Assembly: GCA_947630645.1 (NCBI GenBank)
Contig: CANRIF010000003.1
Coordinates: 2,427-66,426, forward strand
DNA from: an uncultured Oscillospiraceae bacterium
GTDB taxonomy: Bacteria; Bacillota; Clostridia; Oscillospirales; Oscillospiraceae
Length of the DNA: 64,000 nt
Direction of reading: 5' to 3'
Of the stretch, positions 8,159-17,000 are shown in pieces. Numbering within the stretch: the stretch's first letter is position 1; the number at the start of each line of letters is the position of its first letter. The translations under genes were made by a program, and so were the position numbers. The notes beneath the pieces were generated by a model. The model did not search any database and had not been told where the DNA came from. It saw only the letters and a program-made list of their open reading frames with translations.

Positions 8159-11081
8159 TTTCCCGCTCCCTCTCCTCCAGCGCCCCCAGCAGGCTCCGCA
8201 GCCGGATACGCACGGCGCCCAGGTTGGTGATCTCGTCGATCTTGATCTGCGTGTAATACTTCCCGGCCCGCTCCAGGATGGAGCGCACCTCGTCGGAGGT
8301 GATGGCATCCACGCCGCAGCCGAAGCTGACCAGCTGCACCAGCTGGGTGTCCTCGTGGGCGGCGGCGTAGGCAGCGGCCCGGTAGAGCCGGGCGTGGAAA
8401 GTCCACTGGTCCAGCACCTTCACATACTGCACCGGGGTCAGGTGGCACACGCTGTCCTCGCTCACCACCACGAAGCCCAGGCTGGAGGCCAGCGAGTCGA
8501 TGCCGTGGCCGATCTCCGGGTCGATGTGGTAGGGCCGTCCGGCCAGGATCAGGATGCGCTTGCCGTGGGCCCTGGCCCAGGCGACGGCTGCCTCCCCTTC
8601 CCGGCGCAGGTCCGCCTTATACTGTTCGTAGGCGGCGAAGCCCGCCGCCACGGCCCGCTTCACCTCGCCCCGAGTGATGGACCCGTCCAGCTGCCGCAGG
8701 CAGGGCAGCAGCATGGCCGTCAGCTGGCGCTGGCTGTCCAGGCACAGGGGCGGATGGAGGAAGCGCACCTGCTCCAGCTCCTCCACGTTGCCCTCCAGCA
8801 GTTCGCCGTAGTAGGCCACCACCGGGCAGTTATAGTGGTTGGAGGAGGCCCCCTCGTCCACATTGTATGTAAGCTCCGGGTAGAAGATGGTGCCGACCCC
8901 GTCGGCCAGCAGTTCCATCATATGCCCGTGCATCAGCTTGGCCGGGTAGCACACCGTGTCGGAGGGGATGGTGTACTGCCCCCGCTCGTAGGTGGCCCGG
9001 TTGGACGGGCGGGAGAAATGCACCTCGAAGCCCAGGGACGTGAACAGCGTGTGCCACAGCGGGGCCTGCTCATAGATCACCAGCGCCATGGGGATGCCGA
9101 TCTTCCCCCGCGGTCCCGGCACGGGCCGCAACGTTTCAAGCCGCTCCCGCTTCCAGGCGTGCAGGTCGGGCAGTTCCTGGGCGTTTTTCATGCCAAGAGC
9201 CCGCTGGCACTGGTTGCCGGAGATGAACCGCTCCCCGTCCGCGAACCGGTTGACGGTCAGGTGGCAATGGTTGGCGCAGCCCTTGCAGACGGTGGAGGTG
9301 GACTCGTGGGTGAACACCGCCAGCGCCTCCGGCCCCAGCAGCGTGCTTTTCTGGCAGTGCATGATGTGCAGCGCCGCGCCGTAGGCCCCCATGAGCCCGG
9401 CGATGGCGGGACGCACCACGTCGGCGCCCAGCTCCTTTTCAAAGGCCCGCAGCACCGCGTCGTTGTGGAAGGTGCCGCCCTGGACCACGATATGCTCCCC
9501 CAGCTCCTTGGGGCTGACGGCCCGGATGACCTTGTAGAGCGCGTTTTTCACCACGCTCACGGAGAGCCCCGCGGAGATGTCCTCCACGGTGGCGCCGTTT
9601 TTCTGGGCCTGCTTGACGGAGGAGTTCATGAACACCGTACACCGGGAGCCAAGGTCCACTGGCGCGTCGGCCTTCAGCCCCAGGGCGGCGAATTCCTCCA
9701 CCGTGGTCCCCATGGCCTTGGCGAAGGTCTCGATGAAGGAGCCGCAGCCGGAGGAACAGGCCTCGTTGAGCATGATGGAGTCGATGGCGCCGTCCCGGAT
9801 GCGGAAGCACTTGATGTCCTGGCCGCCGATGTCCAGGATGAAGTCCACGTCCGGCCGGAAGTGCCGGGCGGCGGTATAGTGGGCGATGGTCTCCACCACG
9901 CCCTCGTCCACATGGAAAGCGTGGCGTATCAGGTCCTCGCCGTACCCGGTCACGGAGCTGCCGCAGATGGTGATGCGGTCCCCGCACAGGCCATACAGCG
10001 CCTCCAGTTCCCCCTTCACCAGGGACACCGGGTCGCCCCGGTTGGAACTGTAAAAACTCCAGAGGATGGACCGATCCTCCCCCAGCAGCACCAGCTTGGT
10101 GGTAGTGCTGCCGCAGTCGATACCCAGCCACGCCCTTCCCGTATAGGCGGCGATATCCCGCCGGGGCACGGACGCCTGGGCGTGGCGGCGGCGGAAGGCC
10201 TCGTACTCCGCCTCGCTGGCAAACAGCGGCGGCAGCCGGTCGGTCTCGCCGGCCTCGTGGCGGGCGCTGTCCTCGATGCGGCCGATCAACTCGTCCCAGG
10301 CCATCGTGTCCCGCTCCCCGGCGTTCATGGCCGCGCCCATGGCCACGGCGTAGAGGGCGTAATCGGGGAACTCCGCCGTCTGGTCGGTCAGCTTCATGGT
10401 CTCGCAGAACCGCTTACGCAGGCCCTTGCAGTAGTGCAGCGGCCCGCCAAGAAACAGCACCTTGCCCCGGATGCGCCGGCCCTGGATCAGGCCGGCCAGT
10501 GTCTGATTCACCACCGCCTGGAAGATGCTGGCGGCGATGTCCTCCTTGCTGGCCCCCTGGTTCAGCAGGGGCTGGATGTCCGACTTGGCGAACACGCCGC
10601 ACCGGGACGCGATGGGGTACAGCCGTTGGGCACGGAGGCTGGCGGCGTCCATCTCGTCCACGGTCATGTCCAGCAGCACCGCCATCTGGTCGATGAACGC
10701 GCCGGTGCCGCCAGCGCAGGTGCCGTTCATGCGCTCGTCCAGGCCCCCGGCGAAGAAGATGACCTTGGCGTCCTCGCCGCCCAGTTCGATGACCGCGCCT
10801 GTGTCCGGGGCCAGGCGGCTCACCACCTCCTTGGTGGCGTACACCTCCTGGACGAACCGGATACCGGCCGCCTCGGCCATCCCCATCCCGGCGGAGCCGG
10901 ACACGATGACGGCCGCCCGGTCCACCGGATGCCGGGCCGCCATCTCCCGGAGCATCTCCAGCGTGGTCTGCCGGACACGGGACTTGTGCCGCTGATATTT
11001 CTGATAAACGATCCTGTCACCGTCCATCAGCACCACCTTTGCCGTGGTGGAGCCGATGTCGATCCCGATCGCCAATGCCAT
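8148..11081 (-). CDS. Fusion of two BadF/BadG/BcrA/BcrD (HgdC-type) ATPase activase modules with a C-terminal dehydratase-like domain (977 aa)
   Basis: Two ASKHA phosphate-1 motifs, IGIDIGSTTAKVV (residue 4) and LGIDCGSTTTKLV (about residue 320). Also CAGGTGAFID, a Cys-rich linker CKGCANHCHLT, then a YPAKLMHGH-containing C-terminal domain. Start ATG at 11081 with RBS AAAGGAAGA. Confidence 0.85.
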   Translation of the reverse strand: MALAIGIDIGSTTAKVVLMDGDRIVYQKYQRHKSRVRQTTLEMLREMAARHPVDRAAVIVSGSAGMGMAEAAGIRFVQEVYATKEVVSRLAPDTGAVIELGGEDAKVIFFAGGLDERMNGTCAGGTGAFIDQMAVLLDMTVDEMDAASLRAQRLYPIASRCGVFAKSDIQPLLNQGASKEDIAASIFQAVVNQTLAGLIQGRRIRGKVLFLGGPLHYCKGLRKRFCETMKLTDQTAEFPDYALYAVAMGAAMNAGERDTMAWDELIGRIEDSARHEAGETDRLPPLFASEAEYEAFRRRHAQASVPRRDIAAYTGRAWLGIDCGSTTTKLVLLGEDRSILWSFYSSNRGDPVSLVKGELEALYGLCGDRITICGSSVTGYGEDLIRHAFHVDEGVVETIAHYTAARHFRPDVDFILDIGGQDIKCFRIRDGAIDSIMLNEACSSGCGSFIETFAKAMGTTVEEFAALGLKADAPVDLGSRCTVFMNSSVKQAQKNGATVEDISAGLSVSVVKNALYKVIRAVSPKELGEHIVVQGGTFHNDAVLRAFEKELGADVVRPAIAGLMGAYGAALHIMHCQKSTLLGPEALAVFTHESTSTVCKGCANHCHLTVNRFADGERFISGNQCQRALGMKNAQELPDLHAWKRERLETLRPVPGPRGKIGIPMALVIYEQAPLWHTLFTSLGFEVHFSRPSNRATYERGQYTIPSDTVCYPAKLMHGHMMELLADGVGTIFYPELTYNVDEGASSNHYNCPVVAYYGELLEGNVEELEQVRFLHPPLCLDSQRQLTAMLLPCLRQLDGSITRGEVKRAVAAGFAAYEQYKADLRREGEAAVAWARAHGKRILILAGRPYHIDPEIGHGIDSLASSLGFVVVSEDSVCHLTPVQYVKVLDQWTFHARLYRAAAYAAAHEDTQLVQLVSFGCGVDAITSDEVRSILERAGKYYTQIKIDEITNLGAVRIRLRSLLGALEERERENAG

Positions 11082-11664
11082 TGCCAGGTCTTCCTTTCGC
11101 CAAAATGGAGGGGGTCCCGCGCCGCCCCAGGCGGTCCACGGTCCCTCCCTCCTTATCATAGCACGTTTTTGGCGCCATAACATAAATTTTTCGTGAATTT
11201 TGCGTTTCCCGTCGAAAATTGCCGACGGCAGCGCGAGTGGTTCCCCCGTCTGGGGCATCTCCGTCTGGAACGGGCCCTCCAGTTCTCCGTCAGGGCGTGG
11301 AACGCCCCGAACGCCACGCTGGTGCGCTCATAGCTGACGCCCACCGGGTGATAGCACGGAGAAGTAGAGGTACCGCTCCATGACCTTGTCCGCCCTCCGG
11401 CGCAGAGGCTCCGGCTCGATGGGTTTTTCAGCGTCACGCGCACGCTGAAGGCGTTCGCAAAATCCCGAGTCCGCTCCGTAAAACATCGCCAGGCTCATCG
11501 GCGCCAATTTCGTTATCGGCATATTCCTCCATCCACGCGGTCCCGGCGGGGTCATCATCAACCGTCCCTGCATGAATGACGCATCTGGCGGCATGAACGG
11601 CGGCATTGCGCCTTTCTCCGACGTATGATACAATGATGTTGACACCTTTTTTCGGAGGTCCCCC

Positions 11665-12429
11665 ATGACCGAGACACACTATACGCTCCCCGGCTGCCCC
11701 GTCCCCATCGCGCTGCTGACCGACGCCCACGACGCCGACCCGGCGCCGGTCCTGGCGTCCGTCCGGGCCAACGCCCCGGCCCTTATCGCGGTGGCCGGCG
11801 ACCTCATACGCGGGCGGAAGCCCACCCTGGGCGCCCGGATGGCGGAGAGCCGCAACGCCCTGGCGCTGCTGACGGCCTGCGCCCGCCTCGCGCCCACCTT
11901 CGTCTCCCTGGGAAACCACGAGGCATATCTCTCCCGGGACGATCTGGATGTCATCCGCGCCACCGGGGCCGCCCTCCTGGACAACAGCTGGACCGCCCTC
12001 GACTTGGGCGGCGCGCGGCTCGTCGTCGGCGGGCTGACCTCCGGGTATTACACCGCCTATCAACGCACTGGGGCCACGGAGAAGACCGTCCACAGCCCCG
12101 CGCCGGAGACGGGCTGGCTGGACGGCTTCGCGGCCGAGCCGGGCTACCATGTCCTGCTGATGCACCACCCGGAATACATCCGCTTTCTCCCGCCGGCCGT
12201 GGAGCTGGCCCTGTCCGGCCACGCCCACGGCGGCCAGTGGCGGTTTTACGATCTGCTTCAGCGCCAGTGGCGCGGCGTCTACGCGCCGGACCAGGGCCTC
12301 TTCCCCCGGCTCACCGGCGGCGTGGTGGACGGCCGGCTCGTCATCAGCCGTGGCATTGGCAACCCCGCCGGCGTCCCCCGGCTCTTCAACGGGCCAGAGG
12401 TCGTCTACATCGCCGGACCCCGGACATGA
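11665..12429 (+). CDS. Calcineurin-like metallophosphoesterase (254 aa)
   Basis: Motif series LTDAHD, AGDL, GNHE, LMHHP and SGHAHGG. RBS GGAGG. Confidence 0.85.
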   Translation: MTETHYTLPGCPVPIALLTDAHDADPAPVLASVRANAPALIAVAGDLIRGRKPTLGARMAESRNALALLTACARLAPTFVSLGNHEAYLSRDDLDVIRATGAALLDNSWTALDLGGARLVVGGLTSGYYTAYQRTGATEKTVHSPAPETGWLDGFAAEPGYHVLLMHHPEYIRFLPPAVELALSGHAHGGQWRFYDLLQRQWRGVYAPDQGLFPRLTGGVVDGRLVISRGIGNPAGVPRLFNGPEVVYIAGPRT

Positions 12430-12433
12430 AAAT

Positions 12434-12470
12434 GCTCCCCGCCGCCTGGATGGCAGCGGGGAGCGTTTTT
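12434..12470. terminator. Terminator between the convergent phosphoesterase and MATE genes
   Basis: gctccccgc ... gcggggagc followed by ttttt. Confidence 0.55.
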
Positions 12471-12478
12471 GCGCCGTT

Positions 12479-13861
12479 TCAGTTGGTGACCAGGGCCTTT
12501 TTCCGCCAGGCGCCCCGGCGGTAGGCGATGTACGTCAGCAGCGCGCCCATGGCCCAGGAGATGAGGAGCGAGCCAAACAGCGCCTGGGGCTGGCCGTTGG
12601 GATAGTCCGCCGTGCGGGTGAGCCAGGCCAGGCCATAGGCAATGGGCACCCGCAGCACGATGGTGCTGATCATGGTGATCCACATGGGCGTGGCCGTGTC
12701 CCCCGCGCCCCGCATCACGCCGCCCAGCACCTGGGTCACCGCCACGCAGATATACCCCACCGCCAGAATACGCATCATCCGCACCGCCATGTCCATCAGT
12801 TCCGGGGTGTCGGTGAACAGGTCGAACAAGAACCGCCCGGCGAACAGCAGGATCGCCGTGATGGTGGCCGAGACGCCCAGGGCCATGATACCGCCCTGCT
12901 TCGTCCCCTTCTCCACCCGGTCCAGCTTCCCCGCGCCCACGTTCTGCCCGGCGAAGACGCTCATGGCCTGGCCGAAGCTCATGTTGGGCATCATGGCGAA
13001 GCCGTCCACCCGCATGATGATCACGTTGCAGGCCATCACCATCTCCCCCATGCTGTTGGTCAGGGACTGGACCACCAGCATAGCCACGGACATGATGCCC
13101 TGGGTGATGCCGGAGGGGACCCCCAGCTTCACGATGCGCCAGGCGGTGTCCTTACGCATACGCAGGGTATGTAAGTTCAGGTCGAACACCTGCCGCATAT
13201 GCATCAGCTTCACGAAGCACAGCGCCGCCGAGATGGCCTGGGCGATGATGGTCGCCAGCGCCACCCCCGGCACGCCCATGCCGAAGCTGGCCACGAACCA
13301 CACGTCCAGGAAGATATTCAGCACCGTCGCCAGCAGCAAAAACCCCAGCGCCGAGAAGGAGTCGCCCATGCCCCGGAGGATGCCGGAGAGGATGTTATAA
13401 TAGGTAAAGCCCGCCGCCCCCAGGAAGAATATCTTCAGATACTGGGCGCACCAGTCGAACACGGACTGGGGCGTGCCCAAAAGCCGCAGCAGCGGCTCGG
13501 TGATGACCACGCCGATGATCATAGTGGCGACGGAGGCGATGGCCGCCAGGGTGACGCAGTTGCCGATGGCCCGGGAAAGGCCCTCCCGGTCGTCCGCGCC
13601 GAATCGCTGGCTGATCACGATGCCCGCGCCGGTGGACACGCCCACGAACACCGCCAGCAGCAGGTTCAGTATAGGCATGGAGGTGCCCACCGCCGCCAGG
13701 GCGTTGTCCCCCACATACTTGCCCACCACGATGGAGTCCACCGTATTATACAGCTGCTGGGCCAGATTGCCAATGAGCATCGGCACGGCAAATTCCATGA
13801 TGCGCTTCCAGGGAGCGCCCTCGGTCATGTCCCTGGCGGAGAATAGTTCCCGGAGTTTCAT
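12479..13861 (-). CDS. MATE-family multidrug/toxic-compound efflux transporter (460 aa)
   Basis: MKLRELF...PWKRIMEFAVPMLIGNLAQQLYNTVDSIVVGKYVG is a canonical MATE N-terminus, with 12 predicted TM segments. Start at 13861 with RBS AAGGAAAGGAAAG. Confidence 0.9.
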   Translation of the reverse strand: MKLRELFSARDMTEGAPWKRIMEFAVPMLIGNLAQQLYNTVDSIVVGKYVGDNALAAVGTSMPILNLLLAVFVGVSTGAGIVISQRFGADDREGLSRAIGNCVTLAAIASVATMIIGVVITEPLLRLLGTPQSVFDWCAQYLKIFFLGAAGFTYYNILSGILRGMGDSFSALGFLLLATVLNIFLDVWFVASFGMGVPGVALATIIAQAISAALCFVKLMHMRQVFDLNLHTLRMRKDTAWRIVKLGVPSGITQGIMSVAMLVVQSLTNSMGEMVMACNVIIMRVDGFAMMPNMSFGQAMSVFAGQNVGAGKLDRVEKGTKQGGIMALGVSATITAILLFAGRFLFDLFTDTPELMDMAVRMMRILAVGYICVAVTQVLGGVMRGAGDTATPMWITMISTIVLRVPIAYGLAWLTRTADYPNGQPQALFGSLLISWAMGALLTYIAYRRGAWRKKALVTN

Positions 13862-13956
13862 CGTCTTTCCTTTCCTTGGAGACAAAAGAATTGCAGTCTA
13901 TATAGTATAACACGCCCCGTGTCCCCGCGCAACATATCCGGCCCGGATATTTCGCA

Positions 13957-13995
13957 CAAAAAACTGCCGGAGCAAAGCGAACTTTGCTCCGGCAG
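13957..13995 (-). terminator. Rho-independent terminator of the giant adhesin gene
   Basis: ctgccggagcaaag / cgaa / ctttgctccggcag (14-bp stem), followed on the minus strand by TTTTTT. Confidence 0.65.
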
Positions 13996-14019
13996 CGGTG
14001 CTTATGGGGCCGTTTTCAC

Positions 14020-17000
14020 TTATTTCTCGCGCCGTCTGCGCCGCAGCGCCGTGCCGCCGGCGAGGCACAGTCCCGCCAGGGACAGTGTCAGCACGGCCAG
14101 CCACAGGGCGGGCAGGGCCGGGTCGTCGGTGTGCGGCGATGTGCCCGGCGGGGTCGGCGTAGGCGTGGACCCGGTGCCGGGAGGCGGCGTCGGCGTCTCG
14201 TCAGGCTTGGGCGTCTCCTCCGGCGGCGGCGTCTGCTCGGGCAGGTAGTTGGTGAACTGGGCCGAGGCGGTCGCGTTGGCCGGGATATTGCCCACGTCGC
14301 CGGACTTGGTCACCGTGTAGCCCTCGTTGTCGCTCTCGGTCACGGTGTAGTGGGTCCCGGCGGGTAGGTCGTGGATGGTCACCTGCTCGTTGTGCTTCAG
14401 GGTGATGGTGCCGTTGTGGCCGATCTCGCCGGTCTTGGAGCCGTCGTAGCTGAACTCGCCCTCCACCGGTGTGCCGTCCTGGTCCGTGAGCGTCACGGTA
14501 AAGGTGAAGTCCTTGGTCTTGTCGCCCTGGCCGGTGACGGTCTTGCGGATGGAGAGGTCGCCCGTCTCCACATAGTTGTGCATGATGTCGGTGTCCCACT
14601 CGGGCCGGTTGTTCACCTGTACGTGGGCCTGGTTATCCACCTTCCCCTTCACCACGGCCTTGTTGTTGACCTGCACCTTCAGTTCGACGGTGCCGGAAGA
14701 CCTGGCCGCCGCGTTCTGGAAGACCCAGGTGACCGTGTGGGAGGCCGCGTCATAGGTCCCGCCATCGCTGGCGCTGACGAAATCCACGCCCACGTCCAGC
14801 GGGTCGCGGACGGTCACCGTCGCCTGCTCGGCCTCGTCGTTGATCCAGGTGATGTTGTAGGTGATGATATCGCCGATCCCCACCGTCGTGCCGTCGCCGG
14901 GGTCGGGCTCGGTCTTGTTCACCTTGGCGTTATGGAAGTCGAGGTTTGCGGCCGGCGTATTCCCCTGATCGTCGAGGAAGTACTCCACCGTGGCGCTCAG
15001 TGCGCCGGGCTGGCCCTCCGCCGTGGGGTCGCCGCGGGTGACCGTGACGCGGACGTAGTATTCCGTCCCGTCATACAGGGTCTTGCCCGTTTCAGTGGGA
15101 GCGACCTCCTGTACCTTGTACCAGTACACGCCCTCGTTGGTGAAGGTCATCGACGGGAAGCGGTAACTGTCGTTGACGTTCGTGGTCGTGACCGCTTCGA
15201 CATCAGCGGCAGTCTTGCCCTCGGGCATGGGCTGCAAATCTTTACGATCTGCCAGATCGACCGCTCCCGCAGGTATTCCGTTCTCCAGGGCCATCGCGTT
15301 CACCAGCGGCTCTTCCGTGGCCTCCGGTTCCTCCGTGGCTTCCGGTTCCTCCGTGGCCTCGGGCTCCTCGGTGGCTCCCGGCTCCGCGCTGGCTTCCGGC
15401 TCCACGGTGGCCTCCGGCTCCCCGCTGGGCGCAGGCGTATCGCTGGGCGCCGGGGTGTCGCTGGGCGCCGGGGTATCACTGGGCGCAGGCGTATCGCTGG
15501 GCGCCGGGGTGTCGCTGGGCGCCGGGGTGTCGCTGGGCGCCGGGGTGTCGCTGGGCGCCGGGGTATCACTGGGCGCCGGGGTGTCCTCGGGGGTATCCTC
15601 GAGCGTGTCCTGGGGCACCAGATCCGCCTCGAGGCCGTTGCCCTCGTCCCACATCACCGGGGCATAGCCCACCGTGCGGACGTAGGACACCTGGGCCGCG
15701 GCACCCTGGTCGTCGGCCTCGTCAGTCTCGTCCCCGGTCTGGCTCTCGCCCTCTGTCTGGCTCTCGCCCTCCAGCTGCTCCTCGTTCTCCTGCTGGTTCT
15801 CGTTCCGGTTCTGCTCCTGCTCCTCCGTCTCGGACGGGGCCGGCTCGCCGTCTCCGGTCTGTGTCTCGTCTCCCGGCTCGTCGGCGTCGCCGATCAACTC
15901 CTCCTCGCCGTTGATGGCCGCGGCGTTCGCGGTCGTGTCCTCCAGGACCCAGCCGCCCACGGGGGTCAGTTCAAAGGTGAACTGGCCGTCCTCCAGGTCG
16001 TCGCCCTCCAGGAGTTTCTTGCCATCGATGACCACATGGATGTAATCGTCGTGGCGGTTGTTGAAGTCCACCGTGACCGACACTCTGGAGGCAGGTCCGT
16101 CGCTTATCGTGTCGCCCGGGCCATTCACTTGGATCGTCGCCTGCAACAGGCCGTTGGCGTCCTTGCTCACCACGACGGTCACGGTCCGGATGCTCACATC
16201 GTAGAGGATATGGCCGCCGTTCTCGGTGACCACCTCCCGCACGGAGTACTTGTACGTCCCTACCTCGGTGTACTCCGCATCGGTGAAGAAGGTCACTTGA
16301 CCGCCCGCTGTATTGCTCTTCGTGATGGCCTCCGTGACTGGGTCGCCCGCCGGATTGCTGGTGTAAGGCGTCAGCGTGAAGTGGAACATATTTTCTGTCA
16401 ACTCACCGCCGGTGTAGACCTTATTCCCGAGCAGGGTCACCCTAGCCGGCTGCTGGACGGGGTTATCCACCTTGCTGGTGTACTTGCTGGTGTTGCCGAC
16501 CTGCACCTTGGCCATGTTGTAGATGTGGTTGTCGTCACCTTCACCCGGGGCGCCGATGCCATCGTCGCCGTAGTCCCAGGCCTTCTTGGCGTTTTCGTTG
16601 ACCACCACGGTCAGATACACCCAGCCGCTGTCACCCGCCGCGCGCTGGTTCAGCGTCCAGGTGACTGTATGGTCGGCATAGCCGATGGTGACGCCGTCCG
16701 CCGTGCCGGAGGTGGTGCCGTTGGCATTATAGGTCAGGCCGCCATAGCTGGCGCTGACGAGGTCCACGCCGGGGTCGAGCTGGTCGGTGACGACCACGTT
16801 CGCGGCCTGATCCTTGGCGTTGGCCCAGTAGACCTGGTATTCCACCTGGTCGCCCACGCCCACCGCCATGCCGGGGCCGGGGTCAGTCTCGGTCTTCTCC
16901 GGGATGGGGTTGGGGATGATCTTGGTCTTGATCTCCGGGTCAGTGCCCACCTGGACGCGGGCCTGATTCAGCACCTGATGGTCGTCGCCGCTGCCCGTCT

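Noticed and set aside
6917-8308. N-terminal extensions of track ORFs, for example 8159-8308, 11082-11258, 2618-2776, 54242-54397, 56717-56770 and 61043-61165.
   Set aside because: The extensions lack an RBS, overlap upstream genes or AT-rich leaders, and read as low-complexity sequence. Internal ATGs with GGAGG-type RBS give proteins that start where the family alignments start.
11434-12228. A 264-aa minus-strand ORF antisense to the metallophosphoesterase gene.
   Set aside because: The plus-strand frame carries the complete metallophosphoesterase motif set, while the antisense frame is Gly/Arg/Asp-rich. Only its extreme 3' part, outside the phosphoesterase gene, is mentioned under the decayed-gene finding.
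15316-15585. Regular short repeats that could superficially suggest a CRISPR-like or satellite array.
   Set aside because: The units are contiguous 18-mers without spacers, lie in frame inside the adhesin CDS, and encode the PSDTPA/EPEAT linker. This is not a CRISPR array.
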